This document shows, in pieces, positions 31,307 through 40,320 of a stretch of DNA of 64,000 nucleotides. The stretch covers positions 109,987 through 173,986 of the forward strand of contig CAVVAK010000004.1 in assembly GCA_963746335.1 (NCBI GenBank). Reading direction: 5' to 3'. This stretch comes from an uncultured Actinomycetota bacterium. GTDB taxonomy: Bacteria > Actinomycetota > UBA4738 > HRBIN12. The number at the start of each line of letters is the position of its first letter. Position 1 is the first letter of the stretch. The position numbers were made by a program, and so were the translations under genes. The notes beneath the pieces were generated by a model. That model did no database searches and was not told the origin of the DNA. It was given only the letters and a program-made list of their open reading frames with translations.

Positions 31307-32908
31307 ATGCCGCCGGCCGATCCCGGAGAGGCGAGCGCGCCCCCCTGGTGGCGCGCCGGCGTCCTGTATCAGATCTACCCGCGCTCCTTCGCCGACGCCA
31401 GTGGCGACGGCCACGGCGACCTGCAAGGTGTGATCGACCACCTGGATCATCTCGAGTGGCTGGGTGTCGACGGGATCTGGCTGAACCCGATCAACACCTC
31501 TCCGCAGGCGGACTGGGGATACGACGTCGCGGACTACCTCTCGATCGATCCCGATCTCGGCAGCCTCGATGACCTCGATCGTCTCGTTGCCGACGCGGGC
31601 GAGCGGGGGATCCGCGTTCTCATGGATCTCGTGCCCAACCACACGAGCGACCGCCACGCGTGGTTCGTCGATGCGCGGTCAGGCCGCACGGCGGAGCATC
31701 GGGACTGGTACGTCTGGGCAGACGCCAAGCCGGACGGATCCCCTCCCAACAACTGGCGATCCTCCTTCGGCGGACCGGCCTGGACATGGGACGAGGCCAC
31801 GGGTCAGTTCTACCTCCACAACTTCCTGGCCGAGCAGCCGGACCTGAACTGGTGGAACCCGGATGTCGGTTCCGCTTTCGAAGACATCCTCCGGTTCTGG
31901 CTGGATCGTGGCGTCGCGGGTTTCCGCATCGACGTCGCGCACGCGCTCGTGAAGGACCGCGACCTTCGAGACGACACGCCGGCTCTGGAGACGGACCATC
32001 CGAGCATCCGCCGGCACGGGTTGCGCTCAGATTTCAGCATGAACCGGCCGGAGGCTCACGACGTGCTCCGACGATGGCGAGGGATCGCCGACGCCTCCCA
32101 AGGGGTCCTCCTCGGGGAGACATGGGTCCTTGATCTGGACGCGCTGGCGCGCTTCTACGGCACCGGCGAGGACGAGCTCCACCTCGCACTCAACGTGCCG
32201 TTCGTCTTCTCGACACCGGGCGAGGAGATGCGGGAGATCATCGATCGCACCCAGGCGGTGCTCCCCGCGGTCGCGTGGCCACTCTGGAACGGGTCGAACC
32301 ATGACGCGGGCCGATTCGCGACCCGATGGTGCGACGGCGACGAGCGTCGTGCGCGCACCGCGCTCGTGATCCTGCTCACCTTGCGCGGCACACCCCTGCT
32401 CTATTACGGGGACGAGATCGGCATGCCGAACGTCGACATCCCCCGGGACCGGCTGAAGGATCCTGTGGGTCTCCGCCATTGGCCGGAGGACCCCGGCCGG
32501 GACAAGGGAAGGACGCCGATGCAGTGGACACGCGACGGCGGATTCTCCAGGGCCGACATCGAGCCGTGGCTCCCCATGGGCGATGCGGCTACCCGGAACG
32601 TCGCCGATCAGCGTGATGACCCCAGCTCGATGCTCCATCTCTGCCGCGACCTGATCGCGCTCCGCCGCCAGCGAGTGGATCTGCACTCGGGTGGCTACGA
32701 GCCGCTCGAGGGACCCGATGGTATCTGGGCGTGGCGGCGGGGGGAGCGGACGGTGGTCGTCGTGAACCACGGGGACGAGCCAGCGGAGATCCAGGCACCC
32801 CCGGGCGAAATCGTGCTCACCTCCGATCGCGGTCGGGCGGACGAACAGGTGGACGGCGCGGTCCGGCTCGATCCCTGGGAAGCGGTGGTGATCGCCGCCG
32901 ACGTCTAG
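31307..32908 (+). CDS. GH13 alpha-glucosidase / oligo-1,6-glucosidase.
   Basis: 'VLYQIYPRSFADASGDGHGDLQGV', 'DLVPNHTSD', 'GFRIDVAH' and 'GETW'. 533 aa. Confidence 0.85.
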   Translation: MPPADPGEASAPPWWRAGVLYQIYPRSFADASGDGHGDLQGVIDHLDHLEWLGVDGIWLNPINTSPQADWGYDVADYLSIDPDLGSLDDLDRLVADAGERGIRVLMDLVPNHTSDRHAWFVDARSGRTAEHRDWYVWADAKPDGSPPNNWRSSFGGPAWTWDEATGQFYLHNFLAEQPDLNWWNPDVGSAFEDILRFWLDRGVAGFRIDVAHALVKDRDLRDDTPALETDHPSIRRHGLRSDFSMNRPEAHDVLRRWRGIADASQGVLLGETWVLDLDALARFYGTGEDELHLALNVPFVFSTPGEEMREIIDRTQAVLPAVAWPLWNGSNHDAGRFATRWCDGDERRARTALVILLTLRGTPLLYYGDEIGMPNVDIPRDRLKDPVGLRHWPEDPGRDKGRTPMQWTRDGGFSRADIEPWLPMGDAATRNVADQRDDPSSMLHLCRDLIALRRQRVDLHSGGYEPLEGPDGIWAWRRGERTVVVVNHGDEPAEIQAPPGEIVLTSDRGRADEQVDGAVRLDPWEAVVIAADV

Positions 32909-33771
32909 CCGGCAGGCGGAGCCGGCGTCGTCGGGGTGACCGGCACCTTGATCCCTCGCTCGAGGAGCCGGCGAGTGATTCGTTCGCGCAGGAGGCGTTC
33001 CACGTCCATCACCTTCGAGGGCCGCGTATCGGCGACCACCCGCATCACGAGGGCGTCGTGTCCCATGCGCTCCACGCCCAGCACGCTCGGCGCTTCGTGG
33101 ATCCATTCGGAGAGGGTTCGGTCCCCTTTCAACTCCTCGAACAACTCCTCCAGAACGGCGCGCAGGTGCTCGACGTCCTCGTCGTAGGCGGTTCGCACGT
33201 CGATGATCGCGCGCGCCCATCCCTTCGACCGGTTGCTGGCTACGACGATGTTCCCGTTGGGAACGAAGTGGAGGGCCCCGTCGAACGCTCGGATGCTGGT
33301 CACCCGGAGCGTGAGGGTCTCGACGCGCCCGGCGACCTTGTTCGACGGGGTCTGCACCTCCAGGTTGTCGCCGACGCCGAACTGGTTCTCCAGCAGGATG
33401 AAGAACCCGGACAACGTGTCTTTCACGAGGCTCTGCGCGCCGAAGCCCAACGCGACCCCGGCCACGCCGGCGCTCGCGAGGAGCGGCGCGATGTTCTGGC
33501 CCAGCTCTCCGAGCGCCATCAGGATCGCGACCGCCCAGATCACGACGATCAGGGCGGTGGAGAGTGCACCGGTCAGCGTCGTGGCTCGCTGGAGGTTGAG
33601 CTCCTGGGTGATGCTGGCGCTGCCTTCCAGGCGCTTGCGGAACCGGTTCACGGCGACCCGGGCCGCGAGCGTCACTGCCATCGCGACGACGACGATGATC
33701 AGGATCTTGAGCCCGTGCGCGAAGAACCAGTCGTCGAAGTCACTCTGGGCGATGAGGTCCATGGGCCCCAT
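32905..33771 (-). CDS. mscS: Small-conductance mechanosensitive channel (MscS family).
   Basis: Three TM helices followed by the beta-domain 'LENQFGVGDNLEV...GRVETLTLRVTSIRAFDGALHFVPNG'. Confidence 0.75.
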   Translation of the reverse strand: MGPMDLIAQSDFDDWFFAHGLKILIIVVVAMAVTLAARVAVNRFRKRLEGSASITQELNLQRATTLTGALSTALIVVIWAVAILMALGELGQNIAPLLASAGVAGVALGFGAQSLVKDTLSGFFILLENQFGVGDNLEVQTPSNKVAGRVETLTLRVTSIRAFDGALHFVPNGNIVVASNRSKGWARAIIDVRTAYDEDVEHLRAVLEELFEELKGDRTLSEWIHEAPSVLGVERMGHDALVMRVVADTRPSKVMDVERLLRERITRRLLERGIKVPVTPTTPAPPAG

Positions 33772-33860
33772 GCAACCGGGCGGACCGCCCCGCGTCAACG
33801 ATGCAGTTCGCGATCGGGCCTTCTGCACGGTGACGGTCCGAGGCTCTACGCTTCGCGTCG

Positions 33861-35318
33861 ATGTCCGCAACGGAGGCGCCTCGCGAACCGATCGACCCTC
33901 GTCGGTACTACGACACACTGGTCGAGGCGAACCCGACGGCGATCGTCGCCTGCGATCCAGGGCTGATCGTCACGTCTTGGAATCCGGCCGCTGAGCGCCT
34001 GTTCGGGTATCGGCAAGATGAGGCGATCGGGCGGCACATCGACGAGCTCGTGTCCACTCACGAGTCCATCCGCGCGGAGGCGGAGGCGGTCAACGAACGG
34101 GTATTCGCCGAACCGATCCAGCTCGTGACGCGCCGTACCAGGAAGGACGGTTCACTCGTCGACGTCGTGATCCGATCCGTCCCGATCGTGATCGACGGCG
34201 AGCTCGTCGGCGCGTTCGCGATGTACGAGGACGTCGGCGAGCTGGTTCGCCAGCGCCGGTTCTTCGAGTCCCTGGTCGAGATGAGTCCGGCCGCGGTCAT
34301 CATGGTCGACGAGCACGTGAACATCAGCCTGTGGAACCCGGGAGCCGAGCGCTTGTTCGGCTACACGGCTGCCGAGGCGATCGGCGCGAACCTGGACGAC
34401 CTGATCGCGATGGATCCCGAGATCCACACGGAGGCGACAGCCTGGAGCAGCGAGGCGTGGAAGGGCGATTCGTTCCGACGGATCGGCCGGCGGAACCGGA
34501 AGGATGGATCGCTGGTCGACGTGGAGATCGTGGCCGTCCGGGTCCTTCTGGAGGACGAGCCGATCGGCTTCTACATCATCTACCACGACGTCACCGAGCT
34601 CGAGCAAACCCGCCGGCGCCTCGAGGCGCGGGTCGACGAACAGATGGCCGAGCTGGTCCGCACCGGCGAGCTTGCCCGGTTCCTCCCGAACCAGGTCGCC
34701 GAGGGTTTGCTCGGAGGGCACCTCCAAGCGGAGGAACCGTTCCAGCGCCGGAGGATCACGGTGTTGTTCGCCGACATGGTGGGATTCACCGATCTCTCGG
34801 AAAGCCTGGAACCAGAGGAGCTGGCCGAGGTGTTGAACGGCTACCTGCGGGAGATGACCGCGGCGGTCCTGGCCCACGGAGGCTCGTTGGACAACTTCAT
34901 CGGGGACGGCGTGATGGCCGTGTTCGGCGCTCCGCAGGAGCGACCGGAAACCGAGCAGGCGTGGGCGGCCGTCCAGGCCGCGATGGAGATGCGCGCGCGA
35001 TGCCGCCAGCTGGCATCGTCGCTCCGCGAACGAGGGATCCCCGCCGATCCGGATATTCGCGTGGGCCTGAACACGGCGCATTGCACGGTGGGCGTCTTCG
35101 GGAGCGAGGTGATGCGCGCCTACAAGGCGGTCGGCTTCGCGGTCAACGTCGCGGCGCGCCTCCAGACCGCCGCCGATCCCGGATCGATCCTCTGCGGTTT
35201 CCGCACGTACGCGCTGGTCAAGGACCGCGTTCGGGCCGAGGAACGCGGCGCGCTCTCGGTGAAAGGTGCCCTCCGTCCGGTCGAGGCCTGGGAGATCGTC
35301 GGCCTCGCCGACGCCTGA
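33861..35318 (+). CDS. PAS-PAS class III adenylate/guanylate cyclase.
   Basis: Two 'WNPAAERLFGY' PAS domains, then the 'ITVLFADMVGFT...FIGDGVMAVFG' cyclase core. Confidence 0.8.
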   Translation: MSATEAPREPIDPRRYYDTLVEANPTAIVACDPGLIVTSWNPAAERLFGYRQDEAIGRHIDELVSTHESIRAEAEAVNERVFAEPIQLVTRRTRKDGSLVDVVIRSVPIVIDGELVGAFAMYEDVGELVRQRRFFESLVEMSPAAVIMVDEHVNISLWNPGAERLFGYTAAEAIGANLDDLIAMDPEIHTEATAWSSEAWKGDSFRRIGRRNRKDGSLVDVEIVAVRVLLEDEPIGFYIIYHDVTELEQTRRRLEARVDEQMAELVRTGELARFLPNQVAEGLLGGHLQAEEPFQRRRITVLFADMVGFTDLSESLEPEELAEVLNGYLREMTAAVLAHGGSLDNFIGDGVMAVFGAPQERPETEQAWAAVQAAMEMRARCRQLASSLRERGIPADPDIRVGLNTAHCTVGVFGSEVMRAYKAVGFAVNVAARLQTAADPGSILCGFRTYALVKDRVRAEERGALSVKGALRPVEAWEIVGLADA

Positions 35319-35329
35319 ACAGGCATCCG

Positions 35330-36754
35330 TCAGCTTCCTGACTCGTGGCCGGACCCCGACTGGGTTCCGGCGGCGTCAGCTTCCTGACGACTCGTCTCGT
35401 CTTCGTCGGATCCCCACGGGGTCGAGCCGATCGCTTCGAGCACGCGAGCGGTCGCCTCGAGCACCAGTCGCTCGCGCATGTCCGCAAGCTCCTCCTCCAT
35501 CATGCCTTCGAGCGGCGGGATCGCCTGGCGACCGTGCTCCCGGAAGGCATAGGCGGCCTCGCCGTGTTCGGCGAGGTCGACTCCGGAGTCCTCCGCATCC
35601 ACGGGCACCCGGAACCCGATGAGACGATCGACCAGCTTGAGGATCGTCCAGGTGGCGACGAACGAGAACGCCAGAGTGATCCCGGCGGCAGCCCCCTGAC
35701 GACCGAGCTGCGCCCATCCGCCGTCCGCGCCGGCCGGGTTGACCACGAGGCTCGCGAACACGCCGGTGAGCAGCGCCCCGACAAGCCCGCCGACCATGTG
35801 GACGCCGACCGCGTCGAGCGAATCGTCGTAGCCGAGTCGCGACTTCATCTCGACGGCCGCGAAGCAGACCGCTCCCCCGAGCAGACCGATCGCCAGCGCG
35901 GCCAGCGGCCCGACGAACCCGGCCGCGGGCGTGATCGCCACCAATCCGGCGACGGCGCCCGTCGCCCCGCCGACCGCGGTCGCCTTCCCGTGCCGCAGCC
36001 GTTCCGGCACGAGCCAGCCGATCATCGCTCCCGCGGCGCCGAGGTGTGTGGCGAGGAGCGCCGATGAGGCGAGCCCGTTCGCGCCGAGCGCGCTCCCCGC
36101 GTTGAAGCCGAACCAGCCGAACCACAGGATCCCCGCACCCAAGACCACCATCGGGACGTTGTGCGGCGCGAAGTTGCCGCGCGGGTAGCCGCGCCGCTTC
36201 CCGACGTAGAGCGCCGCGGCGAGAGCCGCCGCACCGGCGCTGATGTGCACGACGGTTCCGCCCGCGAAGTCCAGCGCGCCGATCCCGTCGACGCCGAGGA
36301 ACCCTCCGCCCCAGACCCAGTGCGCGAGCGGTGCGTACACGATCAGCGACCACAGTGCAACGAACGCGATGTAGCCGCCGAAGCGCACGCGCTCCGCGAA
36401 CGCGCCCGCGATCAGCGCGGGAGTGATGACGGCGAACATCATCTGGAACGAGGCGAACGCCGAGTGCGGGACGGTGGGCGCGAGCGCGTGTGGCGTCTCG
36501 GCGACCCCTCGGAACCCGAGATGCGCCAGCCCGCCGATCACGCCTCCGATGTCGGGCCCGAAGGCGAGCGAGTATCCGGCCAGCACCCACACGACCGAGA
36601 CGATCGCGATGGCGGCGACCGACTGCATCATCGTCCCGAGAACGTTCTTCGACCGGACCAAACCTCCGTAGAAGAGGGCCAACCCCGGCATCATGAACAT
36701 CACCAGTGCCGCGGATCCCAGCACCCACCCCGTGTCGCCGGTGTCGATCCCCAT
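35330..36754 (-). CDS. amt: Ammonium transporter (Amt family) with a roughly 100-aa acidic C-terminal extension.
   Basis: 'GAALALFYGGLVRSKN' and 'GAVAERV' Amt signatures. No glnK/PII gene is adjacent. Confidence 0.85.
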   Translation of the reverse strand: MGIDTGDTGWVLGSAALVMFMMPGLALFYGGLVRSKNVLGTMMQSVAAIAIVSVVWVLAGYSLAFGPDIGGVIGGLAHLGFRGVAETPHALAPTVPHSAFASFQMMFAVITPALIAGAFAERVRFGGYIAFVALWSLIVYAPLAHWVWGGGFLGVDGIGALDFAGGTVVHISAGAAALAAALYVGKRRGYPRGNFAPHNVPMVVLGAGILWFGWFGFNAGSALGANGLASSALLATHLGAAGAMIGWLVPERLRHGKATAVGGATGAVAGLVAITPAAGFVGPLAALAIGLLGGAVCFAAVEMKSRLGYDDSLDAVGVHMVGGLVGALLTGVFASLVVNPAGADGGWAQLGRQGAAAGITLAFSFVATWTILKLVDRLIGFRVPVDAEDSGVDLAEHGEAAYAFREHGRQAIPPLEGMMEEELADMRERLVLEATARVLEAIGSTPWGSDEDETSRQEADAAGTQSGSGHESGS

Positions 36755-36823
36755 CCCAACCCCCCGTCGCCGTGGCCGTGTTGGTTATCCGCCAGCAGGA
36801 GGCGCGTAGCGACGACCGACGTG

Positions 36824-36841
36824 TTTCGTTTAGGTAAACGA
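36824..36841. promoter_or_regulatory. Perfect 18-bp palindrome TTCGTTTA-GG-TAAACGAA, about 70 bp upstream of the amt start codon. Candidate operator for a dimeric nitrogen regulator.
   Basis: Read directly. The only perfect palindrome of this size I noticed in the window. Confidence 0.5.
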
Positions 36842-36957
36842 ATCGGCGGCACATTCAGCGCTCGCTAAGGGACGAAACCGCAGGTCAGCGTTCTATTTCT
36901 AAGCGGGAAGGAGTTGGACGCCGGCATTCGCTCACCTGACCTCGAGACGTGGGGCCG

Positions 36958-36992
36958 GATCTGCAAGCTGTTCGGCTGGCCTCAGACATTCG
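36958..36992. repeat. Direct repeat copy 1 (gatctgcaagctgttcggctggcctcagacattcg), overlapping a putative -35 region (GTGACA).
   Basis: About 90% identical to copy 2 at 37153-37190. Confidence 0.6.
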
Positions 36993-37056
36993 CGGTGACA
37001 GGCACACGAGGAGCTGACTAGGATGAGCGAAACCTTCCTGGAGAGGTGAGCGCCAG

Positions 37057-37134
37057 ATGCCTAACTGGTTGTGGATCGTTATCGTGGTTGTGGTGATCCT
37101 GGCGATTTTCGGCGGAATTCGGACTCGCCGCTAG
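37057..37134 (+). CDS. Candidate 25-aa hydrophobic micro-protein (MPNWLWIVIVVVVILAIFGGIRTRR). A single TM helix with a basic tail.
   Basis: GGAGAGG ribosome-binding site 8 nt upstream of the ATG. Upstream GTGACA-17-TAGGAT promoter-like element. Flanked by the two direct repeats. Confidence 0.4.
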   Translation: MPNWLWIVIVVVVILAIFGGIRTRR

Positions 37135-37152
37135 GAGAGTCGCTCTCGCTCA

Positions 37153-37190
37153 GATCTGCAAGCTTGTTCCCGGCTGGCCTCAGACCTTCG
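37153..37190. repeat. Direct repeat copy 2 (gatctgcaagcttgttcccggctggcctcagaccttcg), immediately 3' of the micro-ORF stop.
   Basis: Read directly. Confidence 0.6.
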
Positions 37191-37556
37191 TAGGGGCGTC
37201 CGGTTTGACGGGCAAGACCTCGAGGGCTAGCCCCCCTGGTTGAGAAGTCGCTGGGGCCTTCGGGTTCCGGCGGCTTCTCACTTTCTCGGGTCGCTTCCGC
37301 AGCGCCGCGTGTCCCACCACTCCCGCTTGGCCCATCGCTCGATCGTGAGCGGCTTCGATCTTGTTCGCCTACTCCTTAGGGCTCCGCCGCTCCGAGGTGG
37401 TTGGGATCACGATGGATGACGTGGACTTCGGGAACGCCTATCAGCATGGCAATCGAAAGAGACGCAGCCGTTCCGGTTTCGGCCATCCTCGCTCTGTGAG
37501 GATGTGAACACTGTCCAACTTGGGGGGCTTTCGCTCGGCTCCCACCTGGCAGGGAC

Positions 37557-37763
37557 TCAGGAGGCTGAAGGCCGCCGGCGCCACCGCCTCCACCAGGGGC
37601 GACGGTCCAGCGCCTCCTCTCGCCGGTGCCGCTCAGCCTTCTCGTTCAGATCGTATTGATCGCTTCGAAGGATCACTTCGCCCGTGAGTCGGCCCGGGAA
37701 CTCGGCTGGACCACGCTTCTTCACGACGGCAAAGATATCCGCTTCAGGATCGCGATCGGTCAA
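37557..37763 (-). CDS. Small hypothetical protein (68 aa). Third gene of the YihY::Holin-X / DUF3618 operon.
   Basis: ORF. 30-nt gap from the upstream gene. Confidence 0.4.
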   Translation of the reverse strand: MTDRDPEADIFAVVKKRGPAEFPGRLTGEVILRSDQYDLNEKAERHRREEALDRRPWWRRWRRRPSAS

Positions 37764-37793
37764 CGCTGTGCCCGCGCGACGCTTGCTGGATCC

Positions 37794-38054
37794 TCAGTCG
37801 TCGAGCCGGTGCTCCAACCTAGCGAGTCGCTTCTCCAAGTCACGGACGTGGCGGTCGCCTTCTTTCTTGCCTCTCCTTCGGAGGGCGAACCTCATGGCCA
37901 TCCCCAGGACGCCCACGCCCGCGAGCGCGGCACCCGCCCGCTTGGCCAACTTGGCCGCTGCAGGTAGCCTGCCCTCGAGCTGCCGGAGCTCCCCGTCCAA
38001 CCGGTTCCTGGTCGCGTCGATCTCCTTCATCGTTTCAGCTGCTGTTTCGCCCAT
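37794..38054 (-). CDS. DUF3618-like small membrane protein with a coiled coil and a C-terminal TM helix.
   Basis: Strong AAGGAGGA ribosome-binding site 6 nt before the ATG. 'ETMKEIDATRNRLDGELRQLEGRL' coiled coil, then a TM helix. Overlaps the upstream stop by 28 nt. Confidence 0.6.
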   Translation of the reverse strand: MGETAAETMKEIDATRNRLDGELRQLEGRLPAAAKLAKRAGAALAGVGVLGMAMRFALRRRGKKEGDRHVRDLEKRLARLEHRLDD

Positions 38055-39430
38055 CGGACGTCCTCCTTCAGCGACTCTTGGGTGAGCTCGGGCTTGGATG
38101 CGCTCGAGCGGAGCCATCCACGCGCCGCCACGATCGCGACGGCCGCCAGGATCCCGAACACACCGGCCATGATCAGCATCGCGGCCCACCGGGGTAGGAC
38201 CAGGTCGAGCGCCTCGGCGCCGGCCAGCCCGAGGAAACCGATCACGAACAGCCCCAACACGGCCGCGGCACCGAAGACGCCCACGGCCTTGGCCCGCGTG
38301 CCGACCATCTCGCCGATCTCCTGCTTCGCGAGCTCGATCTGTTTGCTGACCAGTGTCTGGATGTCCGCGGCGATGGATCGGAGCAGCGGACCCGTGCCCC
38401 TGGCACCGTTGGTCGATGGTGGCGTTACGGCCGGAGCCTTCCCCGCTGGCGGGGCACCGGCCTGCGGCGCACCCGCCCCTCCGTCGTTTCCGAACTGAAC
38501 CTCCACGGTCTCCTCCTCCCTGCGCTCCTCGACCCGTGCGTGATCGCGGAGCGCGCGTTCATCTGCTTGGGTCATTCTGTCCGGGTCGAGCGCTCGCGGC
38601 CACAGGCGCCGCGCACGGACCACGTTCATCTCGGCACCGAGCAAGGTCACCTGTGCGCCGAGGTAGATCCACGTGAGAAGTCCGATCACGACCGCGAAGA
38701 ACCCGTAGGTGCTCTCTGCGGATTCCAGCTTGTGTCCGATCACGTAGCCACCCAGGGCCTGGAGCACTGTCCAGACGACCCCTGCGAAGATCGCGCCGAC
38801 GAACACATCTCGCCAGCTCACGTCCTCCACGGTGAGGACCCGGTAGGCCACCAAGAAGATCAGGACGTTGAGGACGAGCGTCCCCGAGATCCCGGCGAGG
38901 CGGATCGCGACCGGCGCGTCCTCCGTCCCCGCCGCCACACCCCCGAGGAAGCTCGCGAGCAGCACGAACACACCGAGCGTGAGGAGCATCAGCACCGCGC
39001 GGAGGAGGGCGATCAAGAAGCTGGGTTGGCTTTTCATCGGGACATCCCAGACGTGGTCCATCGCGTTCTGAGCGGCCTTGATCCCGGCGAGCCCGGCCCA
39101 CAGGGCGCCCCCGATCCCCAGGGCAAGGGCCAGGCCTTTGTCGGGCAGTGAATCGACCTTCAACCGGTCGCCGATCACGGGGAATTGCGACAGGGCGGCG
39201 TCGACGAGTCGATCCTGCATATCGGATCCCTTGAAGAGCATCGCGGTGAGCGTGACGAACACGAGGAGCAGGGGGAACAGCGAGAAGAACCCGTAGTACG
39301 CGATCAGGGCGGCGAGCTGCCCGGCGCGGTCCTCTCCGAACTTCTTGACCACGGCCAACGGGAACGCCAGGAACGGCTTCCTCCGCTGCACGTCGTCGGC
39401 GCGTCGAACGACGCCCTGGACCGTTTCCAC
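38027..39430 (-). CDS. yihY: YihY/BrkB-family membrane protein fused to a C-terminal Holin-X (Phage_holin_3_6-like) domain.
   Basis: N-terminal 'FPLAVVKKFGEDRAGQLAALIAYYGFFSLFPLL' YihY signature with six TM helices. C-terminal 'IQTLVSKQIELAKQEIGEM', two TM helices and '...TQESLKEDVRWAKQ' match Holin-X. Confidence 0.7.
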   Translation of the reverse strand: METVQGVVRRADDVQRRKPFLAFPLAVVKKFGEDRAGQLAALIAYYGFFSLFPLLLVFVTLTAMLFKGSDMQDRLVDAALSQFPVIGDRLKVDSLPDKGLALALGIGGALWAGLAGIKAAQNAMDHVWDVPMKSQPSFLIALLRAVLMLLTLGVFVLLASFLGGVAAGTEDAPVAIRLAGISGTLVLNVLIFLVAYRVLTVEDVSWRDVFVGAIFAGVVWTVLQALGGYVIGHKLESAESTYGFFAVVIGLLTWIYLGAQVTLLGAEMNVVRARRLWPRALDPDRMTQADERALRDHARVEERREEETVEVQFGNDGGAGAPQAGAPPAGKAPAVTPPSTNGARGTGPLLRSIAADIQTLVSKQIELAKQEIGEMVGTRAKAVGVFGAAAVLGLFVIGFLGLAGAEALDLVLPRWAAMLIMAGVFGILAAVAIVAARGWLRSSASKPELTQESLKEDVRWAKQQLKR

Positions 39431-39501
39431 GAGTGGGGAGTACCCGCGCCGCCGACGCCTTCAAACGAACGACGGTCGAGCGCCCGGTGCTGACGAGGTG
39501 T

Positions 39502-40320
39502 CTAGGCCAGCGCCTCCTCCAGCGCTCGGCGAACCAGCACCTTCGACAATGCCCGGCGGTACTCCTCCGAACCGAACGAGTCCGAGGGCGGGGCCGACCC
39601 TTCGTCGGCTCGCTCCGCGGCCGTCGCCGGGTCGGCCCCGCCCGCGAGCGCCTCCTCCACGCCACCGGCTCGCAGGGGGGTGAGGCCCATGTTGGTGAGC
39701 GAGACGTTCGCGCTCCCGTTCATCCGCACCGCGGCGACCCCGACGACCGCCCAGTCCATCGCCCGCCGGGTGAACTTCTGATAGCTCCACCCGCCCGCCG
39801 TCTTCGGCACACGGATCTCCGTCAAGACTTCGTCATTCGCGAGCGCCGACTGGAAGAGCCCCGGGAACATGTCGCCGGCCGCGATCTCCCGGATCCCGCC
39901 GGGCCCGGTCGCGACGAACGTCGCGCCGAGGGCGAGCAGCACCGAGGGCATGTCGCCGGCCGGGTCGGCGTGCGCCACGGAGCCGCCGATCGTCCCCATG
40001 TGCCTGACCTGCGGGTCGCCGACCTGACCGGCGACGGAGGACACGATCGGAGCGAGCTGCCGGAGCTCATCCGACGCCTCCAGGTCGTGGTACCGCGTGA
40101 GCGCCCCGATCGCCACGCCGTTGCCCTCCGCCCGGATGTATGACAGGTCGTGGAGCCGCCCGATGTCGATGAGCTTCGTCGGCATCGCGAACCGGAGCTT
40201 CATCTGCGGCAGGAGCGAGTGCCCGCCGGCCAGGAGCTTCGCACCGTCGTCCGCCTGGAGGGACGCGATCGCCGCTTCGACCGAATCCACACGTTCGTAC
40301 TCGAAGGCCGCCGGGATCAT
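39502..40320 (-). CDS. coxM: Molybdoenzyme medium (FAD-binding) subunit, CoxM-like.
   Basis: 'LLAGGHSLLPQMKLR' FAD-binding motif. ATGA overlap with coxL. Confidence 0.85.
   Translation of the reverse strand: MIPAAFEYERVDSVEAAIASLQADDGAKLLAGGHSLLPQMKLRFAMPTKLIDIGRLHDLSYIRAEGNGVAIGALTRYHDLEASDELRQLAPIVSSVAGQVGDPQVRHMGTIGGSVAHADPAGDMPSVLLALGATFVATGPGGIREIAAGDMFPGLFQSALANDEVLTEIRVPKTAGGWSYQKFTRRAMDWAVVGVAAVRMNGSANVSLTNMGLTPLRAGGVEEALAGGADPATAAERADEGSAPPSDSFGSEEYRRALSKVLVRRALEEALA

Noticed and set aside
36755-37557. Possible IS or prophage remnant explaining the lower-GC island.
   Set aside because: There is no transposase or integrase fragment in any frame, no terminal inverted repeats and no tRNA. 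The direct repeats flank only a 25-aa ORF.
37500-37620. 'CTCCACCA' tmRNA-like 3' terminus in the non-coding island.
   Set aside because: There is no preceding GGTTCGA(A/T)TCC T-arm, no tRNA-Ala-like acceptor and no tag-peptide ORF, so the match is fortuitous.
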